From contig CALRHV010000002.1 in the NCBI GenBank assembly GCA_943359525.1, positions 25,040 to 89,039 of the forward strand: DNA of 64,000 bases. Direction: 5' to 3'. The translations under genes and the position numbers were made by a program. Positions 40,032-48,007 of this stretch are shown here, piece after piece. The notes below the pieces were generated by a model. The model was not told the DNA's origin, did not search any database, and worked only from the letters and a program-made list of their open reading frames with translations. This DNA is from Candidatus Uhrbacteria bacterium. GTDB taxonomy: Bacteria; Patescibacteriota; Patescibacteriia; UBA9934. How positions within the stretch are numbered: the first letter of the stretch is position 1; every line of letters begins with the position of its first letter.

Positions 40032-40104
40032 GGGCTGATGGTGTAATTGGTAACATTCCCGGCTTATCATCCTGGAGCTACGGGTTCGAGTCCCGTTCGG
40101 TCCA
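40032..40104 (+). tRNA. Non-canonical tRNA (identity undetermined; 8-nt anticodon loop CTTATCAT, G3:U70, A73)
   Basis: Acceptor GGGCTGA/TCGGTCC, D-arm GTGT-AATTGGTA-ACAT, T-arm ACGGG-TTCGAGT-CCCGT, A15:U48; no encoded CCA. Confidence 0.8.
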
Positions 40105-40127
40105 TGGACCCCAAATCCGGCACCAAT

Positions 40128-40152
40128 AATCGCCTAGCAATAGGCGATTTTG
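40128..40152 (+). terminator. Intrinsic terminator after the tRNA
   Basis: AATCGCCTA-GCAA-TAGGCGATT followed by T's. Confidence 0.7.
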
Positions 40153-40169
40153 GTTTATAATGCGTCTGT

Positions 40170-40628
40170 ATGAAGATTTCAAGTTCAGCATTTCAGAACG
40201 GAGAAGTGATTCCTCAAAAGTACGGTCGAGATTTCGAGAATGTGAACCCGCCACTTCGAATCGAAGATGCTCCTAAGGGAATAGTGTCATTTGTATTAAC
40301 GATGGATGATCCAGATGTTCCGGAAGCTGCTGGAGTGCCGGTGTGGGATCACTGGGTGGTATTTAATATTCCACCAAACATTCTTAATATTCCAGAGCGT
40401 TGGAATGTGGAAGGGGTTCGAGGAAAAGGAACGAGAGGCGAGCTCGAATACGGTGGGCCTCGACCACCAGACAAAGAACATCGATACTTCTTTACTGTTT
40501 ATGCGATTGATACGACGCTCGATCTTCCCGAGGGAGCGACGAAAACCGAATGCCTCGGCGCAATGGCATGCCATATCCTTGAGAAAGCGGAGCTTATGGG
40601 GCGATTTGCGCCGACCGTTTCTCTGTAG
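40170..40628 (+). CDS. YbhB/YbcL (PEBP/RKIP) family protein
   Basis: MDDPD.P, W.HWVVFNI, YGGP.PP and HRY.F..YA.D motifs. Confidence 0.92.
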   Translation: MKISSSAFQNGEVIPQKYGRDFENVNPPLRIEDAPKGIVSFVLTMDDPDVPEAAGVPVWDHWVVFNIPPNILNIPERWNVEGVRGKGTRGELEYGGPRPPDKEHRYFFTVYAIDTTLDLPEGATKTECLGAMACHILEKAELMGRFAPTVSL

Positions 40629-40643
40629 CTCGTTTCACGAAGC

Positions 40644-40716
40644 CGTCATCCCCGCGCAGGCGGGGATCCAGAGTGTTCGTCATTGAAAGATGGATCCCCG
40701 CATGCGCGGGGATGAC
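40644..40716. repeat. REP dimer, family C
   Basis: CGTCATCCCCGCGCAGGCGGGGATCCA...TGGATCCCCGCATGCGCGGGGATGAC. Confidence 0.85.
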
Positions 40717-40725
40717 TGAATCAGA

Positions 40726-42000
40726 TCACTCATGATCATAGTGCCATCCGCTGACGCGTTCTAAGAAAACCGTATTCAGCGTACTTGCGCGGTGCCAGGC
40801 ACCTGTGCCGAAGCGTTTCGCGATGAGGTCGAGGGCTGTGAGGCAGCGGTCGTAGCGCTCGTTGTGTTCAGGGAGGAGGGATGGGATTTTATCGGAGAAG
40901 TGTGTTGCGCTGATGCCGAGGAGACGGATCCCGCGATCGAGATCGATGATCGGCAATAGAGATCGGAAACCGTGTTCGAAGAGGGTTAATCCGTCGTTGG
41001 TTGCTTCCGGGAGCTGGGCGCTTGTTCCGCCCCCACCACCGTCTTCGTATCGTGCAAAAACATTCACGTGGGTTGTGAAAAGATTTTGATTTCGTAAACG
41101 CTGCGCCACCATGTCGGCAAGCGCGAGGAGGTTGTCGTGGATTTCATCATCAGTTTCGAGACCTCGAGGAAAGGTGTAGGAATGGCCGACGGACTTTGGA
41201 TCGTCGCCTTCGGAATCGATGACAACATCGTCGCCGATTCCGCGTGCGACGTTCCAGAGAAATTCTGCGGTGTGAGGACCGAATTCGGAAATGAGACGAT
41301 CGATTGGTGCTGCGCGAAGATGAAGAATTGTAGTGATGCCGAGGTTGATGAGCCGCTTTCCAAGTCGTGGTCCAATTCCGCAGATATCTCGAAGCGATCG
41401 TGCTGCAACGAAATCTTCGACCTCTGTTGGATCGACGTACGTGAATCCATTTGGTTTCACTAATTCGCTCGCGAGTTTTGCAATGACCTTGTTCGGGCCG
41501 ATTCCGATGGACGCCGTACACGCTTCGCCGATTGTTTTGATAATTTTTGATCGAAGAATCTGCGCGAGGAGAACCGCGCCGAATTTGTCGGCGGCAACGG
41601 TGGTGATGTCGGCGAAGGCTTCGTCTACGCTGAACTGTTCAACGGCGTCGCAGTGTTCACGAAGGATCTTGAGGAATCGATGGGTCACCTCGGCATATTT
41701 GCGAGGGTCACCGGGAATAATCGGGAGATTCGGAATGATACGCTGCGCTTCGTGCGTTGTCATCGCAGTCTTTACTCCAAGATTTTTTGCCTCACGCGAA
41801 GCGGTTGTGACGACTGATCGCGAATGAGAAAGCTCGCTGATGGATGTTCGTTTTCCTTGAATTGCCCCCGCCTCGCGGTCGATCCGCCCTTTTCCTTTGC
41901 CGGCCACTGCAAATGCCTTCCCGCGAAGAAACGGATTTGCCTGCGCCTCGACAGATGCGAAAAAAGAATTGAAATCAATGTGCAAAATCAATCGCGGCAT
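40726..42000 (-). CDS. dinB: Y-family DNA polymerase (DinB/YqjW-like) with RecA-NT-like C-terminal motif
   Basis: HIDFNSFFASVE, SVDEAF, AKLAS..KPNG and C-terminal ALD.I..RFG.....RAS. Confidence 0.92.
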   Translation of the reverse strand: MPRLILHIDFNSFFASVEAQANPFLRGKAFAVAGKGKGRIDREAGAIQGKRTSISELSHSRSVVTTASREAKNLGVKTAMTTHEAQRIIPNLPIIPGDPRKYAEVTHRFLKILREHCDAVEQFSVDEAFADITTVAADKFGAVLLAQILRSKIIKTIGEACTASIGIGPNKVIAKLASELVKPNGFTYVDPTEVEDFVAARSLRDICGIGPRLGKRLINLGITTILHLRAAPIDRLISEFGPHTAEFLWNVARGIGDDVVIDSEGDDPKSVGHSYTFPRGLETDDEIHDNLLALADMVAQRLRNQNLFTTHVNVFARYEDGGGGGTSAQLPEATNDGLTLFEHGFRSLLPIIDLDRGIRLLGISATHFSDKIPSLLPEHNERYDRCLTALDLIAKRFGTGAWHRASTLNTVFLERVSGWHYDHE

Positions 42001-42011
42001 ACTCTTAATTC

Positions 42012-42107
42012 CGTCATTGCGAGGAGAACGTAATCGTTCGACGCGGCAATCTAGGCTACTTCAGCTATCCCCGTTCCCTCGGTCATCCCCGCGTAGGCGG
42101 GGATCCA
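42012..42107. repeat. Clustered REP monomers (family B 42012-42056; family C 42082-42107)
   Basis: Matches to the other copies listed. Confidence 0.8.
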
Positions 42108-42126
42108 GACTCTGCTTCTCTCATTT

Positions 42127-42257
42127 ATCAACGGGTCCTGTCGCCTCGGACCCCGTTACGGTGCTCAGCTCGCACGTGAAAGTTCGCGGTAATCATCGTT
42201 GAAGGCCTGTGCTCGTTGCGCTCCGTACGGGGACCTCCCTCGGCGCCACCCGTTGAT
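42127..42257. repeat. 131-bp element with ATCAACGGGT/ACCCGTTGAT termini, family F copy 1
   Basis: Arms conserved with the copy at 50467-50612. Confidence 0.8.
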
Positions 42258-42281
42258 TATTCGCTTCGCGTATCCAGTGCA

Positions 42282-42452
42282 TCATTCTCGATTCAGCAGC
42301 GCCAGCGGCAGCCGAAGATTATTCTCAAACCGTCGTGCTTGGGTTCGCGGCTTGAGGATGGTGCGATGCTTGCGAGCTTTTTGGATGTGTGACGAGAGAA
42401 TTTCGCTCAGTGAAAAGGTGAAACGATTTCCGGTCCTCCGACGGGTGTTCAT
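42282..42452 (-). CDS. Basic micro-protein (56 aa)
   Basis: ATG lies 2 nt after the upstream stop; MNTRRRTG...RRFENNLRLPLALLNRE. Confidence 0.5.
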   Translation of the reverse strand: MNTRRRTGNRFTFSLSEILSSHIQKARKHRTILKPRTQARRFENNLRLPLALLNRE

Positions 42453-42454
42453 AT

Positions 42455-42706
42455 TTATTCGCTATAAAATTCTACAATTCTCCACTCTAAGGCCCCAGTG
42501 TCTAAGCGAAGTTTCATAAACGATGCGTTGTCCGAAACAGAAAAGTAGTAAATGCGTTTCTCGCCCTCGGTTGTGCTGTGGACGAGATTTACCTTACTCA
42601 TGACGTACGTTCGCTTTCCCCAGTGCACATGCGTTGGATGAACACGCTTTCCTGCAAACTCGACACGGACATCGACGGGTTCGTTGAGGAGTTCGTGGAC
42701 GGACAT
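42455..42706 (-). CDS. YqjX/DUF6504-like PolY accessory protein (83 aa)
   Basis: V.V......P....W..R.Y.....beta-rich pattern ending W.I; lies between lexA and the polymerase. Confidence 0.65.
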   Translation of the reverse strand: MSVHELLNEPVDVRVEFAGKRVHPTHVHWGKRTYVMSKVNLVHSTTEGEKRIYYFSVSDNASFMKLRLDTGALEWRIVEFYSE

Positions 42707-42707
42707 A

Positions 42708-42869
42708 TTATGCGAGGCGCAGTGGCGCGAAAGACCGGATGTGTTTACGGAAGCGACGGAGATTGAGAAACTGACGAATCTGTTTTGCAACTTCGTGGCG
42801 TTTTGTGTGGAAAGGTGAAGAGCAGTAAGCAACCGTCACATTGTAGTGACGAATAGAAATGGCATTCAT
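42708..42869 (-). CDS. Basic micro-protein (53 aa)
   Basis: Fills the lexA to yqjX-like gap, stop 1 nt before the next ATG; ...RRFRKHIRSFAPLRLA. Confidence 0.5.
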   Translation of the reverse strand: MNAISIRHYNVTVAYCSSPFHTKRHEVAKQIRQFLNLRRFRKHIRSFAPLRLA

Positions 42870-42888
42870 AATGTTGGTGATGAATGAT

Positions 42889-43518
42889 TTAGATTGTAGA
42901 AAACCTTCGCATCACGGCCCTTACAATTCCTTGAATGTTTAAATCTCCTTTGATGATAATTGGTTGCATGGTGCTGTTGGCTGGTTGGAGGCGGATGTGG
43001 TCACTTTCGCGGTAGAAACGTTTGAGTGTGGCGTATGCGTTGTCCAGAAGTGCAACCACGATGTCTCCGTTCTTTGGTGAAGGATTTCGTTCAACCACGA
43101 CGTAGTCACCGTCGAAGATTCCGTCCTCGATCATTGATCGCCCTTTTACTTTGAGGATGTACGAGTTCATTGGATCGACGACAAAGTCCGCGGGAATGGC
43201 CATGGCTTCGTTCTGTTCTACGGCTTCGATGGGCTCGCCGGCGGTGATGAGTCCGGCTAATGGGAGCATAATGGCGAGAGGAGACATGCGCTCTGGCTCC
43301 ACGAGTTCGATGCTTCGTGCCTCACCTCTGTCGCCGGTGTTGATGATGCCTTTTTCACACAGTGTTTTGATGTGCTGATGGATGGTGGCTGGGGATGAAA
43401 GGCCGAGCTGTTCGGCGATTTCGCGATAGGATGGCGTGTAGCCATTGTCCTTCACAAAACCTTCAATACAGTCGAGGACTTCACGTTGTTTCTTGGTGAG
43501 TGGTGGAAGAATGGACAT
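42889..43518 (-). CDS. lexA: SOS repressor LexA
   Basis: LTKKQ..GY.PS.REIA wHTH, AG cleavage site, Ser (GRSM) and Lys (TLKRF). Confidence 0.97.
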   Translation of the reverse strand: MSILPPLTKKQREVLDCIEGFVKDNGYTPSYREIAEQLGLSSPATIHQHIKTLCEKGIINTGDRGEARSIELVEPERMSPLAIMLPLAGLITAGEPIEAVEQNEAMAIPADFVVDPMNSYILKVKGRSMIEDGIFDGDYVVVERNPSPKNGDIVVALLDNAYATLKRFYRESDHIRLQPANSTMQPIIIKGDLNIQGIVRAVMRRFSTI

Positions 43519-43522
43519 AGGC

Positions 43523-43563
43523 GTTCGCTTTATGTTCGTATCATAGACGAACGGAAAACGAAC
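43523..43563 (-). promoter_or_regulatory. Two LexA-type direct-repeat boxes flanking the lexA -10 box
   Basis: Minus strand: GTTCGTTTTCCGTTCG-TC-TATGAT-A-CGAACATAAAGCGAAC. Confidence 0.8.
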
Positions 43564-43616
43564 GCAAGCCTCTCGGTGTGGATAACGTTTTGTGGTAGTC
43601 TCTTTGTATCCTTTTT

Positions 43617-44657
43617 ATGCTCAAAGTCGTTGAAGCTCCGCTCGCTGGGCATCCAGACAAAGTGTGTGATCAGATCGTCGAATCCGTCCTCGACGAATAT
43701 TTGCGACGCGATCCGTTAACGCGCATGGATGTTCAGGCATTGGGCAGCAACGGCATGGTGATGCTTGGTGGCGTGGTGGATTCTCGCGCAGATTTTGATG
43801 CTGCCGCGGTGGGGAAGGCGGTGTACGCGGCGGCGGGATACACGGATGCGATTGAGCTTTTTGTGAACCTTGATAAACCAACAGAAGATTCTGCGCGAAC
43901 CATGGTACGTGGTGGCGCGCAAGGTACGGCGATTGTTCACGGATACGCCACAAAGGAAACACGAGAGATGTTGCCGCGAAGTGTGGTGTACGCAAACGTG
44001 ATTGCTCGCCGTATTGATATGCTGCGCCAAAGCGATCCGCGGTTTGCATGGCTGCGACCAGACGGAAAGGTGCAGCTCGCAACGGATGGCGATCGTGTTC
44101 GTGCAGTGACGGTTATCGTTGAGCACGACCCGACGATGGAGTTGTCGATTGTGCAATCGCAGATCGTGGAAGAGGCTATCGCGTCATCGTTGCCGTCCAT
44201 GGATGATGTAAAGATTTTAGTAAACTCTGGCGGATCGTTTACCAAAGGTGGATTCGGGGCGAACGCTGGCGTGTCTGGACGAAAAGTTCTTGCGGATTCG
44301 TACGGTGGACTATTGCCACACGGTGGAATGGGTCTTGCAGGAAAAGATCCATTGAAACCAGGACGTTCCGGAACATACATGGCGCGTTTTGCGGCAAAGA
44401 CATTGGTGACGGAAGGTGTTGCGTCGAATGTACTTATTACGGCGATGTACGCGCTTGGTATCGCTGAGCCGCTCGTACTCTCTGCGCGATCGGGCAGCGG
44501 CGAGGACTTAACCGATGAGGTAAAGAAGCGTTTCGATTTCCGTCCAGAAGCTATTGTTGAACGCCTTCAGCTCCGAAAGCCAATCTACGCATCGTGCGCC
44601 ACCTACGGCATGTTTGGAAGAACCGGTTTACCATGGGAAGACGTCGACGTTGTATAA
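43617..44657 (+). CDS. metK: Divergent S-adenosylmethionine synthetase homolog
   Basis: GHPDK.CDQI, RPDGK.Q, GRK..D.YGG, GKDP.K and YG.FGR motifs; several ligand residues changed. Confidence 0.8.
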   Translation: MLKVVEAPLAGHPDKVCDQIVESVLDEYLRRDPLTRMDVQALGSNGMVMLGGVVDSRADFDAAAVGKAVYAAAGYTDAIELFVNLDKPTEDSARTMVRGGAQGTAIVHGYATKETREMLPRSVVYANVIARRIDMLRQSDPRFAWLRPDGKVQLATDGDRVRAVTVIVEHDPTMELSIVQSQIVEEAIASSLPSMDDVKILVNSGGSFTKGGFGANAGVSGRKVLADSYGGLLPHGGMGLAGKDPLKPGRSGTYMARFAAKTLVTEGVASNVLITAMYALGIAEPLVLSARSGSGEDLTDEVKKRFDFRPEAIVERLQLRKPIYASCATYGMFGRTGLPWEDVDVV

Positions 44658-44664
44658 TACGGGA

Positions 44665-45414
44665 ATGAAATCGATTCGAGGAATTTTTGGGATTTTTTCC
44701 GTGGTTGTTTTTGGAATGACGGTGTGGTTCATTGTGGCAAAAGAACCGGAAGCGCGAGAGGTAAAAAGTGAGGATGGTGTTGTGACAATGACGGGGCTTT
44801 CTCGAACGGCGAATGATTTTTCTGTGACGATTGATGATGCGGCAACGGTCGCGACGCCGCTTGTCAGTCACGTCTATCGCATTGCGCCAACATATGTGCA
44901 ACATGATGCACCGGTGGTGCTTTCCTTTGAACGATCGGCAACTGCGGGAACGCTGAATGCGACGGCGGTGTATTGGTTTGATGCGTCGCTGGGCATGTGG
45001 GAGCAGTTGTATGATGTCGTTGCCGACACTGACGATGTGCTCGCTGTACAGGTGACGATGCTTGGTGATTTTGCGCTCGGCATTACACCGCGTGTTCTTG
45101 CGCCAACGATGCTCACTGCGTTCGATGCGCTGCGAGCGAAGGCGCCGAGTGGAACTCGAGGATACGGAATTTCCGTTGCATACACTTTGCCTAACGGCGT
45201 GCCGGTGCGTTTAGAGAATGTGAGCGAACACGGCGGGTGCGGTGGACGAATTGGTGCTGGTGATCATAATGAATACTCGTCGTCATCGACGACATTGTCG
45301 ATTCCGGTAGATGACGTTGATACGCGTGTTGCGTTGATGTTGGTGGGTGAATGGATCGTGTCTGCTGATGGTGCAGGCTGTGCGGTTGGGGAAGATTTGG
45401 CGCCGCGAGAGTGA
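44665..45414 (+). CDS. Exported or membrane-anchored hypothetical protein
   Basis: N-terminal hydrophobic helix and beta-rich body (Y.FD...G.W). Confidence 0.65.
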   Translation: MKSIRGIFGIFSVVVFGMTVWFIVAKEPEAREVKSEDGVVTMTGLSRTANDFSVTIDDAATVATPLVSHVYRIAPTYVQHDAPVVLSFERSATAGTLNATAVYWFDASLGMWEQLYDVVADTDDVLAVQVTMLGDFALGITPRVLAPTMLTAFDALRAKAPSGTRGYGISVAYTLPNGVPVRLENVSEHGGCGGRIGAGDHNEYSSSSTTLSIPVDDVDTRVALMLVGEWIVSADGAGCAVGEDLAPRE

Positions 45415-45447
45415 TATACTTCCGTCATCCGTTATCAATACAAAATT

Positions 45448-45717
45448 ATGGCAACACGTGCTCCGTCAAAAAAATCTGTTGCAGCACCTCGTCGTGCACG
45501 ATCGTTTTCGTCCGCATCGCACGTCGTTCCAGTTGTTGCGCCTGCTCGTCATCACAATCTTTGCCAAAGCTGCCACGCGCTTCCTGCCGGAAGTATGGAA
45601 TTGATGGCGCTCTTGCTCGTTTTGGTCTTTTCTCTTTCTGCGGTACTCTTTACATCGGTGTACGCGCTTCGTATTCAGCAGGCGAAAGTACAAACTCTTA
45701 CATCGCAATTACAATAA
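45448..45717 (+). CDS. Small membrane protein with CxxCH motif
   Basis: CQSCH followed by a TM helix and short coiled coil. Confidence 0.55.
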   Translation: MATRAPSKKSVAAPRRARSFSSASHVVPVVAPARHHNLCQSCHALPAGSMELMALLLVLVFSLSAVLFTSVYALRIQQAKVQTLTSQLQ

Positions 45718-45721
45718 TACT

Positions 45722-46357
45722 GTGAAAAATACACTGATCATCACCGCTGGGTTTTTGTTGCTTATGGGTGCGGGTTGTACAACGTCGGCACCATCGGGTA
45801 CAACTCCTGCAGCACAAGATTCTTCATCACCTACCCCTGTTGTGGAAAAACAAACATGGACATTCCCTGGTGCACTTCCCGCTGAGCAGATTCAGAACAA
45901 GCAGATTCGTTTAACAACATCGAAAGGCGACATCGTCTTCACGCTGTACGACGACACTGCGCCAAAAACTGTTTCGAATTTCGTGTATCTTGCAGGAGGT
46001 GGCTACTACGATGGACTCATTTTTCATCGCGTCATTGAGGACTTCATGATCCAAGGTGGCGATCCAACAGGAACGGGATCTGGCGGACCTGGATACAAGT
46101 TTGACGATGAACTTACTGATAGTCGCACCTACACTCGCGGAACAGTGGCAATGGCGAATGCGGGAAAGAACACGAACGGAAGTCAGTTTTTCATCATGCA
46201 TAAAGACGTTCCTCTTCCACACAGCTACAGTATTTTCGGGCAAGTCATCGAGGGGATGGATATTGTCGACCTTATCGCTGCAACGCCAGTCGATGGCCGC
46301 GATCGGCCGGTCACTGAAGTTACCATGACAAAAGTCACGGTTGAAGATATCAAATAA
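45722..46357 (+). CDS. Cyclophilin-type peptidyl-prolyl isomerase, lipoprotein
   Basis: Lipobox-like GAGC; FHRVI..FMIQGGDP, AMANAG..TNGSQFF. Confidence 0.93.
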   Translation: MKNTLIITAGFLLLMGAGCTTSAPSGTTPAAQDSSSPTPVVEKQTWTFPGALPAEQIQNKQIRLTTSKGDIVFTLYDDTAPKTVSNFVYLAGGGYYDGLIFHRVIEDFMIQGGDPTGTGSGGPGYKFDDELTDSRTYTRGTVAMANAGKNTNGSQFFIMHKDVPLPHSYSIFGQVIEGMDIVDLIAATPVDGRDRPVTEVTMTKVTVEDIK

Positions 46358-46407
46358 AAATATAGGCGAGGCCACCGTGCCTCGCCTTTGTGATAGTATT
46401 TTGGTAT

Positions 46408-46929
46408 ATGAATGATAATGCTTTTGAGGGGACGCTTGTGAAGAGGGCGCCAAGAAAAGAGCGGGCGCCGCATCAGAGTTCTGTACTTGAATTGCTTCTT
46501 CGGGCGGCGGAAGAAGAGGGTCAAACGCTTGACGCTGAAACTCCGGTGGATATTGAAGGCGCGATTAATGAATCGCTTGCCGCGATTGTTGACCACGGTG
46601 CATTGGAATCATTGGACGATGCCGTAAAGCGCGCGTTTGTTGCGGTAGCATTCGCAAAGTTGAAACCCGGGGGAATGTATTCACTTTTTCATCGATCGCA
46701 ACACGAAGATGTGGGAGCTCGCCGGAAAACAAAAGAATTTCTTGAAGCGCTTTTCCCCGTTGGCGTTGAGCATCTTCTTGATTGGAACGAAACACATTCA
46801 ACCAACAAAGAATCGGGCATTCAGCGTTTTGCGTGGTCGACAATTGTGCGTAAGTCGGGATCGACGATGTCGGTGATGGATCTTCTCGATAAAGCGGTGG
46901 CGTTGAAACACAAAGAAGAAGGGAGATAG
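46408..46929 (+). CDS. Hypothetical protein
   Basis: ORF filling the gap on the same strand as its neighbours. Confidence 0.55.
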   Translation: MNDNAFEGTLVKRAPRKERAPHQSSVLELLLRAAEEEGQTLDAETPVDIEGAINESLAAIVDHGALESLDDAVKRAFVAVAFAKLKPGGMYSLFHRSQHEDVGARRKTKEFLEALFPVGVEHLLDWNETHSTNKESGIQRFAWSTIVRKSGSTMSVMDLLDKAVALKHKEEGR

Positions 46930-46939
46930 TATTTGTCGT

Positions 46940-47401
46940 ATGACCGATGATGCGACGAAAACAACGGTGAAACGCGGTGTGGATTGTATTGGTGTTTGTG
47001 TTTCATTTTTGTTACACGACGGTAATGGGGGGGTGTTGCTCCATAAGCGAAGCGAAAAATGCAGAGATGAATGTGGAAATTGGGACTGTGGTGCTGGAGC
47101 ATTAGAATTCGGAGAATCATTTGAAGCATCTTTACGGAGGGAAATCACGGAAGAGGTTTGTGCAGAGATTATTGAAATAAAAGCATTGGGCGCTAGGAAT
47201 GTCTTGAGAGAACATCAGGGTATCGCGACGCACTGGGTTGCCGTCCGATATGCTGTGCAAGTCGATCCCACACAAGTGCAGAATGGTGAACCAGAAAAAA
47301 TCGATGAAATTGGTTGGTTTACGATAGGAACATTGCCAAATCCCAAACACACGATGTTGAACGATATGATCGAAGCCGCGCAAGCTGCTGGGATTTTGTA
47401 A
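46940..47401 (+). CDS. NUDIX hydrolase
   Basis: GAGALEFGESFEASLRREITEE Nudix box. Confidence 0.9.
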   Translation: MTDDATKTTVKRGVDCIGVCVSFLLHDGNGGVLLHKRSEKCRDECGNWDCGAGALEFGESFEASLRREITEEVCAEIIEIKALGARNVLREHQGIATHWVAVRYAVQVDPTQVQNGEPEKIDEIGWFTIGTLPNPKHTMLNDMIEAAQAAGIL

Positions 47402-47762
47402 AAGAAATCTGATCATTGAGTGGGTTGAGGCGAAAGAACGACACGATCGCCGACCTCGACGTGTGCATTTTGTGATATTGTGGATGTTAACTTGAGTTAA
47501 CATACGAATTGCGAAATCATTGGCTTTTCTGCATCTGAAATGTTAACTCAAATTAACATCGTTGAAATCGAGAATGAGACTACCCGGACTGGTGGTTCGG
47601 GTACATGTTTCTTCACTGCGACCGATCACGCTACGCTGCGACGTCTCACTTCGTTCGACTGCAGTTGTGCATCAGCGCTCTCGTTGCGAAACATGCGCCC
47701 TCGCCACTGGCGTCCGGGATTCGGTTCACAACACCGTAAAGAATCAGTTTCAGATCATTCCT

Positions 47763-47990
47763 ATGCGTATTCCTACTTCTCAAAAGGGCGTCAAATTTAT
47801 TTCCAAGGTGTATTCCCATCGTATTCTCATTCCAGTTTCACAAAGTGAGCTCGCAAAAGATCTCGGATTAACTCGTCAAACTATCGCTTCGATCGAATCT
47901 GGGAAAAAGCAGCCTTCGCTTCTCACCGCATTTCGCATTGCGGAGTATCTACGAGTGAAAATCGAGGATTTATTCACGTTCAAGCCGTAG
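47763..47990 (+). CDS. XRE-family HTH transcriptional regulator
   Basis: SQ.ELA..LG.TRQTI..IE.GK..PSL..A..IA motif. Confidence 0.8.
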   Translation: MRIPTSQKGVKFISKVYSHRILIPVSQSELAKDLGLTRQTIASIESGKKQPSLLTAFRIAEYLRVKIEDLFTFKP

Positions 47991-48007
47991 TCCTGTACAC
48001 TGGAGGC

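Noticed and set aside
40031-40104. tmRNA (5' GGGGCTGAT start and Ala-type acceptor)
   Set aside because: Has a complete D-stem and closes as a 73-nt cloverleaf with no tag ORF or pseudoknot region
42026-42039. Firmicutes-type LexA box upstream of dinB (GAAC...GTTC)
   Set aside because: Spacing is N6, not N4, and it is part of a REP also present at 18574-18587
45448-45717. c-type cytochrome (CxxCH)
   Set aside because: The motif precedes the TM helix on the likely cytoplasmic side and no maturation genes are seen
47562-47762. N-terminal extension of the XRE regulator
   Set aside because: Composition is not protein-like, and the ATG at 47763 gives a typical 75-aa XRE protein
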